A stretch of DNA of 63,051 nt, filler included, from Intoshia linei (lineage: Eukaryota; Animalia; Orthonectida): the NCBI GenBank assembly GCA_001642005.1. It is 8 parts of 8 records of this genome, joined end to end, with 100 filler letters (N's around TTAATTAATTAA, not from the genome) between each part and the next. Parts side by side here need not be neighbours in the genome. Positions count along the whole stretch, not along the records: positions 1 to 18,149 come from LWCA01000786.1; positions 18,250 to 32,002 come from LWCA01001001.1; 6 more parts are not named here. One strand, given 5' to 3'. Positions within the stretch are counted from its first letter, which is position 1; each line of letters opens with the position of its first letter. Positions 11,201-21,488 of this stretch are shown piece after piece. A model generated the notes under the pieces. The model was not told the DNA's origin and ran no database searches. It saw only the letters and a list, made by a program, of their open reading frames with translations. The position numbers were made by a program, and so were the translations under genes.

Positions 11201-14200
11201 ATAAAATATTCACAAAAGATTATTCATTGCTGAATGCTGGGCAAGGTCCATTACATTCACATTTATAATAAAAATTGTCATGGGTGTTTTTGTGGGTGGC
11301 AAAATTTTTATACAGGCCAATTCCTCGTTAACGGAATAATTGGCACTGAAAAAAATCTCATTCTGTTAACGAGGAATTTTTTTATAAACAATGTATACAT
11401 TAAAACAGTGGTTCCCGATTGGAGTCCAAAATTATATGCCTGGGGTCCGTGAGATTCAAATAGAATATATAAAAATTTTTATCAACTTTTTTTTTTTATA
11501 GAAGAATTTTTAACCCTTACGAGACAATTGCATGTATAGATGCCAAAAACTACACTCATAAATTTATATTAGTTTGTATAGATCAGGGGTGCACAACGTG
11601 CGGCCGTGAGAGCGTTTATGTGCGGCCCTGGGCAATCATCTGATCATAATGCAATGTATCATTTTACTTCAAATTGAAAAGTTAAAATGAGATTTTATTC
11701 AAGGTCTATTTAAAATATTTTAATCAAAAAGTTACATTCTTGACTTTGAATCAGTTTCTCAAATGTTAGCGAATCGCACACAAAATCAAAGCAATCACTG
11801 ATATCTTTTTTTATGTCATTATTAATATTTACATGTTTTTATGTAATCCACTCTAATAATCGGTTTTTTATGGAACTTTTTTCTGTTGTCCAAATATTAT
11901 TAATTAATTAATTATTACAGCAAAATTAATGATTAATGTTTTTTCAAAAAAATATTAGTAAAATAAGATTTTTCAAATTTTTTGTAAATCAGATTTTTTC
12001 TTATGGAGTCAGTCAGAAAAATTATTGATCTAAAAATTTGGTAAAATGGGATTTTTCATAAAAATATTGGTAAAAGCGATTTTTTTCCTTTGGAATCAGA
12101 TAGAGTAGTTTTATTCTAAAACTTTGGTAAAAATAGATTTTTAAAAAAAATATTGATAAAAAGGGATATGTTGCCTGATTTTGTTGATTCAGTCACCCCA
12201 TGAAAAGCACTGCATTAATCCTACTATTGCTATTTATTCCAATTCGATAAATGACAAATGTGATTACTTTGTGTCAACAATAAAATAAATTTTACAGTTT
12301 AGTAAAAAGAATTCTTCATTTTTATTGGTTCATATGAGAACATCAATTTACTTTCTGTTACCGCGTTAATATAAAAACCATATATTAGTGTATAGAATAC
12401 TCCATAATATAATATCGTTAAATAATAAATTTTTGAAAATAAATTATTTATATATTTCAACATGCAAAAATTGAAATTTTGATTTAATAGACTAAGTAGT
12501 AAAAAAATTACATGTCATAGCTTATATTTTTCACACTTTTACATTACGGGTTTGGCAGAATGCATGAACCCGAAGGGTGAGTGCATTCAACACACGAGTT
12601 ATGTAAAGTGAAAATTATGCACTTAGACATGTATATAGCTAATATTCTAATAAAATACAATCACGCGACGTGATTGTAATTACGTGTCATAAATTAAATA
12701 TATTTTATTGCTAATTTTAAGCCAAATTTAAGTTTTTCACTTTACAAATCAATGAAATTAGAAATTTCTGAATGTTAAGTTTTAAATTTTAGTATTTTTT
12801 AATATTTCAAAAGTAAAATTATTTTCTTTCAATTTTGAAAATCAGCATAGTCTCGTAAGGGGGTTAAAATTTATTAGAGAGTTTCTAGATGATGATTATC
12901 CCAAAGCCTAGACGACCGCTACATTATTATTTCAAAAATCCCACTTTTATCCAAAGATTAATAAAATTTAATAAAAAATACAATTTCAAGCCTGGAAAAA
13001 ATTGACTTTTATCGATATTTTTTTGAAAAATCCAATTTTACTAACCCTTATGAGAAGAATATCCTTTTTCCTATATTTGTTAAAAAAACAAAATTTTACC
13101 AAATTTTATGAGAAAAATATCTTATTCCAACCCTAAAATAAAACTACATTATTACCAACGCTTAAGGGATCTCTCTTTTTCCAATATTATTTTGAAAGTA
13201 TATCCGAGTTTACTAAATCTTATGAACAACCACTTCCTAATCCAAAACATAAAATAAAAAATGAAATTTTACCAAGCCTATGTAAAAAAATCATCTTTTT
13301 CCAATATTTTTTTGAAAAACACGATTTTACTAAATTTTATGATGAAAAACCTTTCATTTTTTCATCAATGTTTTATATTTCATGTTTCCTTTGGATCCAA
13401 TATAATAAATATTTTGAAATGGGGATCGGTACACTACTTGAACCAAGAACCACTGCATTAAAACAATGAAAAAATAAAAATGTTTTGATTTTTATTCCAC
13501 TTAAACTATATTTGCAGGTTATTGCATTTCATATAATTAATAATTACCCATTATTATCATCATTAAGAAATAAAAAAAAAATGTTTTACGTATCTAAAGC
13601 TTTTAATTTGAACCGAAAGAGCTTTAGTATAATTATGATGGTAGCCATTTTAAGTGAAAATTTAACATAATTTTTGTACTTGAGAAAAATTCAGATTGTT
13701 AATCAGGAATTTTTTTCCTTAAAAGGAGGAATTCCGTTAAATAGGAATTAGCCTGAATTATTAAAATGGGGTCGTGATAAAAGGCTCTCCCTTAAACTAT
13801 GTGATTAAAATTATTTTCAAATATGTTGGGAAATGTACTATTAAAAATTATTAAAATTATAATTAAAACCTTCGTCAAAAGAGAGGCAAGTTTCATAATT
13901 CGAACTAAATTCAAATAAAGTGATTCTGAGTCGTCCAGAAACAAAATTAAATAAATCTAGATAATCGCATTTCAATAATTCAACATGATTAGAAGGGATA
14001 AATCCAATTCGATCAGAATAAGATAAACATCGAGCATACAACCAATCTTCATTGGAAACATCAACTCTAACCATAAATAATTCATTTTTTTCAAATTTTA
14101 TAAATTGATCTATAATATCGTCTGCCATTAATTGACCACATTTCCCTAAATCATCTCCATCGGCATATTTGTACAGCGATTTATAAAATTTTACAGCTGG

Positions 14201-14203
14201 CAT
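2252..14203 (-). CDS. DNMBP: Dynamin-binding protein/Tuba-like RhoGEF (3 N-terminal SH3, long linker, DH, BAR, degenerate C-terminal SH3s), multi-exon
   Basis: SH3 motifs: DWLYAR..RIGFIPSNHV; LFEF..LSFDE|GEL..NWGYG; LDFDAVMDNEMSVKHGDIVSIV. DH: IIKEIHDSE and the spliced exon RPFQRITKYPLFF (~7100-7150). BAR: ILEPLEKLKKL..MLKRQDL (4262-4388) and EEYLESFNVVHNVLCSEWPIL (3844-4011). The last exon TVFSIFD..YEIEIGDTLDIL ends at TAA 2252. GT-AG boundaries keep frame in the exons checked. Confidence 0.85.
3051..3550. mobile_element. Non-autonomous repeat with internal ~30-bp minisatellite (copy 1)
   Basis: Aligns by eye with 12881-13490 (TTTCTAGATG..ATCCCAAA.CCTAGAC.ACCG.TACAT..; TTTATATTTCATGTTTCCTTTG; GTACACTA.TTGAA). 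Ends near a hAT-like GAACCAC terminus. Confidence 0.7.
5267..5635. mobile_element. hAT MITE
   Basis: TIRs CAGGGATT(C)GAAAT ... ATTTCAATCCCTG; perfect 8-bp TSD CTGTCCAC (5259-5266, 5636-5643). Confidence 0.9.
5720..6770 (+). mobile_element. Non-autonomous Helitron-like repeat, internal part (interrupted by a hAT MITE)
   Basis: High similarity to 15880-16790 and 49558-50440, and to 37140-37795 in reverse (e.g. GTGACGACTTCACG.TCAAAAAAGCATT, CTTATTCCAGTTGATATAAATACAAAA). Confidence 0.7.
6258..6444. mobile_element. hAT (Buster/Charlie-like) MITE
   Basis: TIRs CAGGGATGGGCAACAT / ATGTTGACCATCCCTG; perfect TSD GTCTACAC. The empty site is present in paralogous repeat copies at ~50270 and ~16432. Confidence 0.92.
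6788..7001. mobile_element. hAT (Buster/Charlie-like) MITE
   Basis: Perfect 14-bp TIR CAGTGGTTTTCAAC / GTTGAAAACCACTG; perfect TSD CTATACAG. A related terminus is at ~51240. Confidence 0.92.
7210..7509. mobile_element. Probable hAT MITE
   Basis: Termini CAGGCAGT ... ACTGCCTG; flanks ATACACAT / ATATAGAT (6/8 match). Confidence 0.6.
7518..7896. mobile_element. hAT (Buster/Charlie-like) MITE
   Basis: TIRs CAGGG-TTCTCAAC / GTTGAGAACCCCTG; TSD ATATAGAT / ATATAGAG. Confidence 0.85.
8322..8442. other. GC-rich intronic rod-like hairpin (structured RNA or 3' end of an RLE non-LTR retrotransposon)
   Basis: About 50% GC island inside the 264-nt DNMBP intron (8199-8462). Nested inverted repeats ATTAGAGTC/GACTCTAAT and ATTGTCTAG/CTAGGTAAT. 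Confidence 0.5.
11584..12270 (+). mobile_element. hAT MITE, truncated copy of the 27437-28468 family
   Basis: Starts CAGGGGTGCACAACGTGCGGCCGT and is colinear with 27437-28240. Confidence 0.85.
12509..12678. repeat. Long imperfect palindrome centred on CCC-GAA-GGG plus a second hairpin
   Basis: TACATGTC..TTTTCAC..TTTACAT..GAATGCA..ACCC GAA GGGT..TGCATTC..ATGTAAAG.TGAAAA..GACATGTA, then TACAATCACG-CGA-CGTGATTGTA. A half copy is at ~53008-53070. Confidence 0.75.
12881..13490. mobile_element. Non-autonomous repeat with internal minisatellite (copy 2)
   Basis: Paralogous to 3051-3550; contains a hAT-like terminus GAACCACTG at ~13447-13455. Confidence 0.7.
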
Positions 14204-15689
14204 GAATACAATGAAAAATTGTGAGTTTATTTAATTATTTACACATCTATAGAAATGTTTATCACCATTATTACGCATTTTTTGTAGATTGTAAAATGTA
14301 CACTATTTTGATGTTTTTATGAACTCGTATTTAGTTTTTAAAATTTACAATTTAGTGTTGATTACATGTACTTTTAAATTAAAGAAAATTCATTTGTCTA
14401 ATAAATAATGTATATATTGCATGATGCAATGTAGAATCTAGATTATACACGATATCTGTATAGTTTTAGCAAAATAATCTTCAATTGTCAAATTAATTCA
14501 CAAATTATAAAATCTTGTTTTCTTGTAATCCGGAATTCTGAATACAGTATTCATGAAATCTAAATGGGCCAAGGATTATAGATTTTATGTTAAGGTTTGA
14601 CCCAATATTATTAATAAAATCACTCATTCTAGAATTTGCATTTTACATTGCATTAAAGGTAATGCTGCAAAATAGAGTTTATTTTTGTTTTTTAACGTTT
14701 TTTAACATTTTTTTTGTCAATATTGACAAAATAATAATAAATATACATCAAATTGTTGGATAAACATTGAAAATTGTGACTAGAAATTGATGTATTTTAG
14801 ACAGTTGACTGAAAAAATTGAATTTTTTTTAAAACATTATACAATTACACCAAGTCAGTGTTTCCTAACCATGGGGATAGGCCCCACTAGTGGACCTTAG
14901 AAATTTGGCTAATTTATTGAAATTATGAAAACTTTAGATTAATTTAATGTTAATTTTGTACTATACTAGCTCGACTGTTATGTGTTTCGTACAAACAGCA
15001 GCTAGCTTTGACGAGGGCCGACGTTTTTAATTGTTTTAAGTTTTTGAGGTTGTGATTGATGATAATGCTAATGGTTTAAAACCGGGTGGTCCAAATTGTT
15101 CGGCCCTCGAAATTGTTTAGTAAAATATTTTTAAAAACATAGATTTACAGAAAAATATTAATTACCACATTACCTAACATTAATTTAAATTTTTTTTAAA
15201 TAATTAGATCTTTCTGTTTTAATTAGTCTCAACTTTTTACTTTATATATTTTACCATAATAATTCTAACGTTTTAGACCTTTTGTATTATAACTTTATAA
15301 AATACTAATTATATTTTTAATTGATGTAATATTTATGGCATAATACTCGTAGTTATTTTCTGATTAATCTGAGAAATTTTGGACTTATAATTGCCTTTGA
15401 ACTATATTTTGAAATTTGTAAAATTTATTTTGTGACCCTTATTCGCCATGTGTTTGGACCTGATTTAAAATAATATATTTACAATAATTAATAATAATTG
15501 TTAATTAATTTATTACAATTGTTAATAATAATAGTTCCGATGTTGATATTTACGACAATAGTAATGGTGTTAAAACGCGTCCCAGAATGTATGTTCTTCT
15601 TCTCTGCACTTTTAGGACTGATTTTATTATTTACATTATTATTATATTAATAATAAAAACAATAATTTATAATAATGAAGCATAATTTC

Positions 15690-17311
15690 GGTTTTTTATC
15701 CTGAAAGACTCAATTTCTGAAAATAAAATTTTCGATAACATGACTCTCGGAAAAATTGTATTAAAAATTAATGTTTTTTTTAATTAAACGGTAGTGTTTC
15801 AATATCTGTAAATTATTATTGTGATTACCGGTAATTATTTTCGGTTACTGTTAATTTAAAAAAAATTTATTCTTATAATAAAACGTTATAATAAATAAAT
15901 ACGGATTTGAAATCATAAATATTATCATAAATTTAAATTTAAAAAAAATATATCTTTAAAGCCAAAACCACAAATTATCCTTTCTTTTTTTTTTGAAAAC
16001 AGCCCTAGAATTGAAAAAAATTTACAGGTGGTACAGTTGTATCCTGTTAAGACACATCAAAAATTTCAATTTGAATCAGTGACGCCTTCACGGTCAAAAA
16101 ATCATTTTAGTTATCATATATTTTTTTTCCGAAATATTTTATTAAAACAAAAAATGTGAAATAATTACAGGTCCGAAAATTAAAAAAAAAAATTATTCTG
16201 ATAGAACTTATTCCAGTTGATATAAATATCCAAAAATTAAACAAAAGATTGTTGTGATAAAGTTTATTCCAGTTGATATAAATACAAAAATTGAATCTCA
16301 GAAATCTACGCATTCCCGGTGAAAAATAATTTTTAACATATTATTAACCAATATTTCTCAAATATTTCGCTACAATAAAAATTAAAAATATAAATATAGA
16401 TCCTACAATTTAAAAAAAATGTGCATTGCACGTTTACACCTACCAATAAAGCAATATGGGTGAAAATCTATATAATTCATCCTTTGGAATTTTTTTCATT
16501 GATACGCAATTTTTAAATTTCAAATTCAAATTCTAATTTTCAAAACATTTTGTTTAAAAATTTAAATTAAAACTACAACAAAGCATTACTAAAAGTAATA
16601 CACATTTGTTATTATCATTTATATATATTACAATCAATTGTAATATTGGTAAAATTCACCTAAAATGTTTTTAAATTGCTGATTCCGTCATTATTGATAC
16701 ATACAATATATGTAATTGGTATTTTTAAGTATTTATTAAATTGGTACTGAATATAAATCATCACATTGAAAATGACAAAATAAGTTTTTATAATTTTATT
16801 TTTTTTGGAATTTATGCTATTTATGACAATTTTTAGGGTTGAATTGTTTTTATTTTATTTTTAATGTTATACACACATTCTGTTAAATAAATTAAAAAAA
16901 TAGGATAACAACAGAAGACTGGACCTAATTGATTTAGGATTATTTAATAAACAAAATTAATTAATTACATTTTGTGCTGATCATTTTTTTTATTTTTGCG
17001 AAAAAATACAAATTTGGAAACTATTGTATAACAACCTTTAAATAAAATTAAAAGAGACGCTTTAAAATCAAACTAGACGCCTTGATATTAAAAGAGACGC
17101 CCTACATGTTTTTTTCTTGATATTGAAATTGCACCTCATTAACTAGCCTCTTCGAACCGCCCCTGTAAAATTGTTTTTAAGGATTGTTAATAGTGAATAT
17201 TAGGATTTTTAAGTTAGATTTTCAACATGAATTTATTTTTTTAGTAAAATAAAAATGTGCCCTCGGTAGAGCTAGGTGCTGTTTGTACGTAGTACATAAC
17301 AATCAACCTAG
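15690..17311 (+). mobile_element. Non-autonomous Helitron-like repeat with a candidate 3' hairpin-CTAG terminus
   Basis: The body matches 49558-50440. Terminal block GCCCTCGGTAGAGCTAGGTGCTGTTTGTACGTAGTACATAACAATCAACCTAG|T (17259-17311) forms a hairpin and ends in CTAG before T. Linking body and terminus into one element is inferred. Confidence 0.55.
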
Positions 17312-17680
17312 TATTGTATATTTGTTTATTTTGTTAGATTCAGATGGTAAACAATTTGTCTAGAAAAATATAATTACAATTCACTTTTATTCAAGTTAAT
17401 TAATTGAACTATTTAATTATTTTCAATCAATAATTTAACACCATCTGTAATACATATACTTCATATCCACAATTTTGAAAATATAGAAATCCTAACAAAG
17501 ATCAAATTTTACCACGGGCATAGTTTTAATAATTGAACTAATTTAAACACACGGTTGATTCATTTTTTTTACTGTCACTGTGTATCTTTATTTAAAATAT
17601 GTAAAGGTTAAGGTTATTGATTAATTTTAAATTAAGGTGACTTTATTAATTACTTATTTAAATAATTATTACAAATTAAT

Positions 17681-17900
17681 ATGAAAATAAATTATACAAA
17701 ATTACTATTCGTTCTATCGTTTCATTGTATAATAGCTGGTATTTTAATTTTGAAAATTGAAAGTTATTTTTATTCATGTATACATTTTTATATATTACTA
17801 GAGTGTTACGATTCTAGCGTTCTATGTTCTGAGTTCAAAGAAAAATGTCACATAACATATGTTAAGACTGATTGTCAGAAATTTTGTAATTCTTGTAATA
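17681..17900 (+). CDS. Secreted ShKT (ShK toxin-like) domain peptide; exons 17681-17738 and 17802-17900, 3' end unresolved
   Basis: Signal-peptide-like MKINYTKLLFVLSFHCIIA, a phase-1 GT-AG intron, then ECYDSSVLCSEFKEKCHITYVKTDCQKFCNSC with the ShKT spacing C-x6-C-x6-C-x8-C-x3-C-x2-C. Confidence 0.8.
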
Positions 17901-18149
17901 GTAAAGTTTATTTCATACAAAAAGTTAATCATACATTAATATAATAATTACTAGGTTGACTGTTATGTATATTATATATGTTATACAGTAGGGTGTCCAA
18001 CATTTTTTTAACTTTTATAGAAAAATTATACCTCGCCAAAGTTTCCCATTTACCTCAAGGATGGTATATAAAAATTTATAGACCATGATATTAAAATTTG
18101 CTCAGGCGGGGACCCGTGCATATTTAAATATAAATTAATATGAAGTTAA

Positions 18150-18249
18150 NNNNNNNNNNNNNNNNNNNNNNNNNNNNNNNNNNNNNNNNNNNNTTAATTA
18201 ATTAANNNNNNNNNNNNNNNNNNNNNNNNNNNNNNNNNNNNNNNNNNNN
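18150..18249. other. Assembly gap spacer N44-TTAATTAATTAA-N44 (also 32003-32102, 38482-38581, 43726-43825, 55263-55362, 57994-58093, 59151-59250)
   Basis: Identical 100-bp linker with stops in all six frames, occurring seven times. Confidence 0.98.
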
Positions 18250-19555
18250 AAATGTGTATTATGAATTTTAATATTTATATAAATTTATATTTTATTAAAA
18301 TAAATTTAAAAAAAATAGTTAAATCAATAAAATTTTAAAAAAATTAATAAATATTAATTACGATGAACGATAATATGTTCAAAACTTTAAGGGCATAGCC
18401 CCAATGTTTTTTTAAAGAATTGTACAAGATTAAGTGCAAATTGAAGACACAAAAATTGCTCATAAGATGAGTGGGTGTACTTTTGATATAAAATTTTGAC
18501 TTACACCCCTAATGATCATTTATATCTTATCAAATTTCTTTGTCTCCATTACCTAAATATAGTACACAAAAAGTAAAAGATCCAAAGATTTCGACCTATC
18601 TAAAAATGTATTAAATCAATCAAATGTACCGTATCCATCGACTATACCGAGAATTTTCAGGCATATATGGTCTATTCACTCTGAGCTCCAGTCTTAATTT
18701 TATGTATTGAAATGCTTATATAGAAAAATTTATTTGAAAGAAAATAAAATATCATAATTTATTCACCAAATTACCATAACATTATAATTTACTCACTGTA
18801 TAATATAGTGTATATTTGATGCAAAATTAGTTGTTTCTTCAGATTCAATTTTAACTTTGATTTTTATGGATATCTAGTTAACGTAAAAAAATAAACTTCA
18901 CAACTAAACTAAATTGAATTGGATAAAAATGAATTTTTTTTGTAATATTGGTTGTAGATATAATATGGTATCTTAATATTTCAGTTTTAACTTGGGTCTG
19001 TAGTCTAAATTAAATGAACTAGTTTAGGTAACTAGTTAATGAATTACTTAATTTAATGTAATTAATAACGATAATGAAAAAAGTAAAAGAGTAATAACGA
19101 TAATGAAACGATGCATCATGCAGCATGATGCAACGAGATGTAACTGTGGATAAATATCAATAAACATAATACCAATATATATGTATTTATAGTGATATTG
19201 TTAATTTGAATTGATTGATTACACAATAAAGTAAACTTATGCATTCATCTTAAAGTCATTCAGTGTACTTTTGGAATACGACAATTATTATTCCACATCC
19301 TTTATTTTATTGTCATTACAGTATTGTTTTTATTAAAAAAATGTAAATAAATTCTAAAATTCAAAATTCAAATGTATCAGAATTATTTACCAATGGGTCG
19401 CAAATAGCGGTCGACCCTTTGAACCATTTTTAATAATTTAGTAGTATAGAAAAAAATTTATAATATAGAGTAAATAAAACATTCAACTGTACAAGATTTT
19501 TGTAAACATGTCGCATTTTTATATTATTAAACTTTAATTACCGATTTAACTAAAC

Positions 19556-20495
19556 CAGGTGTGCACAACCTTTCCACCAATTCAGCCACAATGCTACTTT
19601 TCTTATTGGTGCCTCGGCCGCACAAAATTTACTTAGAGATTGAAAAAGTTTACTCTGTAATCCAGAGTCTGGACCTAAATTTTATGTCTAATAAAATAGT
19701 TTTTTTTAAATTTGAATACATTATTGTATCAGCAAGTTTTAATTAATAATTTTCAATTAAAATTAATTCTTAATTCACTCATATATATTAACACCACAAT
19801 TGTTATTTATCTGAATCGGAATAAATAGTAATACAGTAATAGTAGTAGGATTAATGCAGTGCTTCTCATGGGGGTGACTGGTCACCCCAAGGGGTGAATA
19901 CGAAAATTTAGATGATTGTAGGCTAATCTACAATTTTCAACATATTTCATTAAATCATCCAATTATTTTATGAACTCTGAAAGAAGAAATCCCTTTTTAC
20001 CAATATTTTTTTTTAAAAATCCATTTTTACTAAAGTTTTAGAATAAAAACTACCCTATCTGATTCTAAAAGAAAAAATCAAATTTTACCAACCCTTAAGG
20101 AAAAAAATCGCTTTTACCAATATTTTTATGAAAAATCTCCTTTTACTAATATTTTTTTGAAAAAACATTGATCATTAATTTTTCGGTAAATAATTAATAA
20201 TAATTGGACAACAGAAAAAAGTTCTATTAAAACCGATTTGTTCATTGGAGTGGAAGACATAAAAAATATGTAAATAGTAATAATGACATACAAAAATATC
20301 AGTGACTGACTTGATATTGTGTTTCATTCGCTAACATTTGAGAAACTGGGGCAAAGTCAAGAATGTAACTTTTTGATTAAAATATTTGAAATAGACCTTG
20401 AATAAAATCTCATTTTAACTTTTCAATTTGAAGTAAAATGATGTAATATAAAATAATCAGATGTGTTGCCCACGGCCGCACATACACGCTTTTAC
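19556..20495 (-). mobile_element. hAT MITE, near full-length inverted copy of the 27437-28468 family
   Basis: CAGGTGTGCACAACCTTTCCACCAATTCAGCC at 19556 is the reverse complement of the 28468 end. Shares the CATGGGGGTGACTGGTCACCCCAAGGGGTGAATACG core. Confidence 0.88.
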
Positions 20496-20618
20496 GGTTT
20501 CTAACCTTTTTTTAAATTTTTCATAATGTACATTGATGTACATGGATATTTTGCTGACACGACACATATTATTACTTCAACTTTAATGTAATTATCAAAT
20601 CATAATTTACACATGTAG

Positions 20619-21041
20619 TAAACGAAGAGAAATTCCAAACTATTATTATTGGAGTGATGATGAAGCAGCAACCATTATACAATCTCACTGGAGAGGATAT
20701 CTGGTAAAACGTGATATTAAGTACATTTAAAATTATTACTAGGTTCGCAAAACAACTCAAGTTAAGGTAATCTTTCTAAACTCTAATATAAATAGTAGTA
20801 AGTTGACTTTTAATTAGTAAAATTATTACGGAGACTGGTCAAAATTTTGGAAACCCTTGTTTAGTTAATATTGCAACACATTCTGTAATGTGCAATAACA
20901 CATAATGTATTCAGTTTAAATTTTATACATGCTCATTTAACATATTTCAATTACTAAATATAATTTCAGGAATTGATAAAATGGCAGAAAAAATGGCGCC
21001 AAGTTAACAAAGCATCAAAACAAAAAGAAATGACAGAATAA
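20619..21041 (+). CDS. IQCK: IQ domain-containing protein K, last three exons (20619-20703, 20743-20766, 20970-21041); upstream exons not located
   Basis: Spliced: KRREIPNYYYWSDDEAATIIQSHWRGYL|VRKTTQVK|ELIKWQKKWRQ...*. This matches the IQCK C-terminus pattern (EEEAA..IQS.WR...VR...IQELR.WQK). Confidence 0.8.
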
Positions 21042-21415
21042 TTATAATTAGACAATAACATTTTCAATACAACTTTTGTTTATTCACGTTGATTTTGATA
21101 ATACATAAATAGGATCAAATAAGGAACATTGTGAAATCATAAATTTTAATATTTTTTAATGTTATGGTCAATGATGGAAGGTTCTTTTCATATCGGCTTA
21201 GCCTTTTCCATGGGTTTGGATTTAACAGTTAAACTTGACGCAAAACACATAAAAATGATATAAAAAGTACAAAAATTAAATTTGAAAAATTATGGCTTGA
21301 AACGGTAGATTCAGCCGTGGAGGTGATAATCTATAGCACGATAAATGTATCAAAACGTTGAAACATGAAAAAGTCGATTGAATTATAAAAGGAACAGATA
21401 AAACCGGATTACGTT

Positions 21416-21488
21416 GGCTCGGTAGCTCAATTGGTAGAGCACCTGACTCCAGATCAGAAGGTTGCGAGTTCAAGTCTCCCCCGGGTCA
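21416..21488 (+). tRNA. tRNA-Trp (CCA)
   Basis: 73-nt cloverleaf GGCTCGG TA GCTC AATTGGTA GAGC A CCTGA CT CCA GA TCAGA AGGTT GCGAG TTCAAGT CTCCC CCGGGTC A. Anticodon at 21449-21451; A/B boxes intact; followed by a T-run Pol III terminator. Confidence 0.95.

Larger units (their letters stand above)
11313..13755. mobile_element. pogo/Tigger-type MITE shell containing nested elements
   Basis: TA-CAGGCCAATTCCTCGTTAACGGAAT at 11313 and the inverted ATTCCGTTAAATAGGAATTAGCCTG at 13755, each with an inner GTTAA..AGGAATT repeat. The right TA is not intact. Confidence 0.6.

Noticed and set aside
18380-18700. Possible second Harbinger-type HTH remnant (LDLLLFVYY..GVSQNFISKV)
   Set aside because: Too degraded, with multiple stops, to support a call.
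21276-21473. 65-aa ORF MNSQPSDLESGALPIEL
   Set aside because: Translation of the tRNA-Trp antisense strand.
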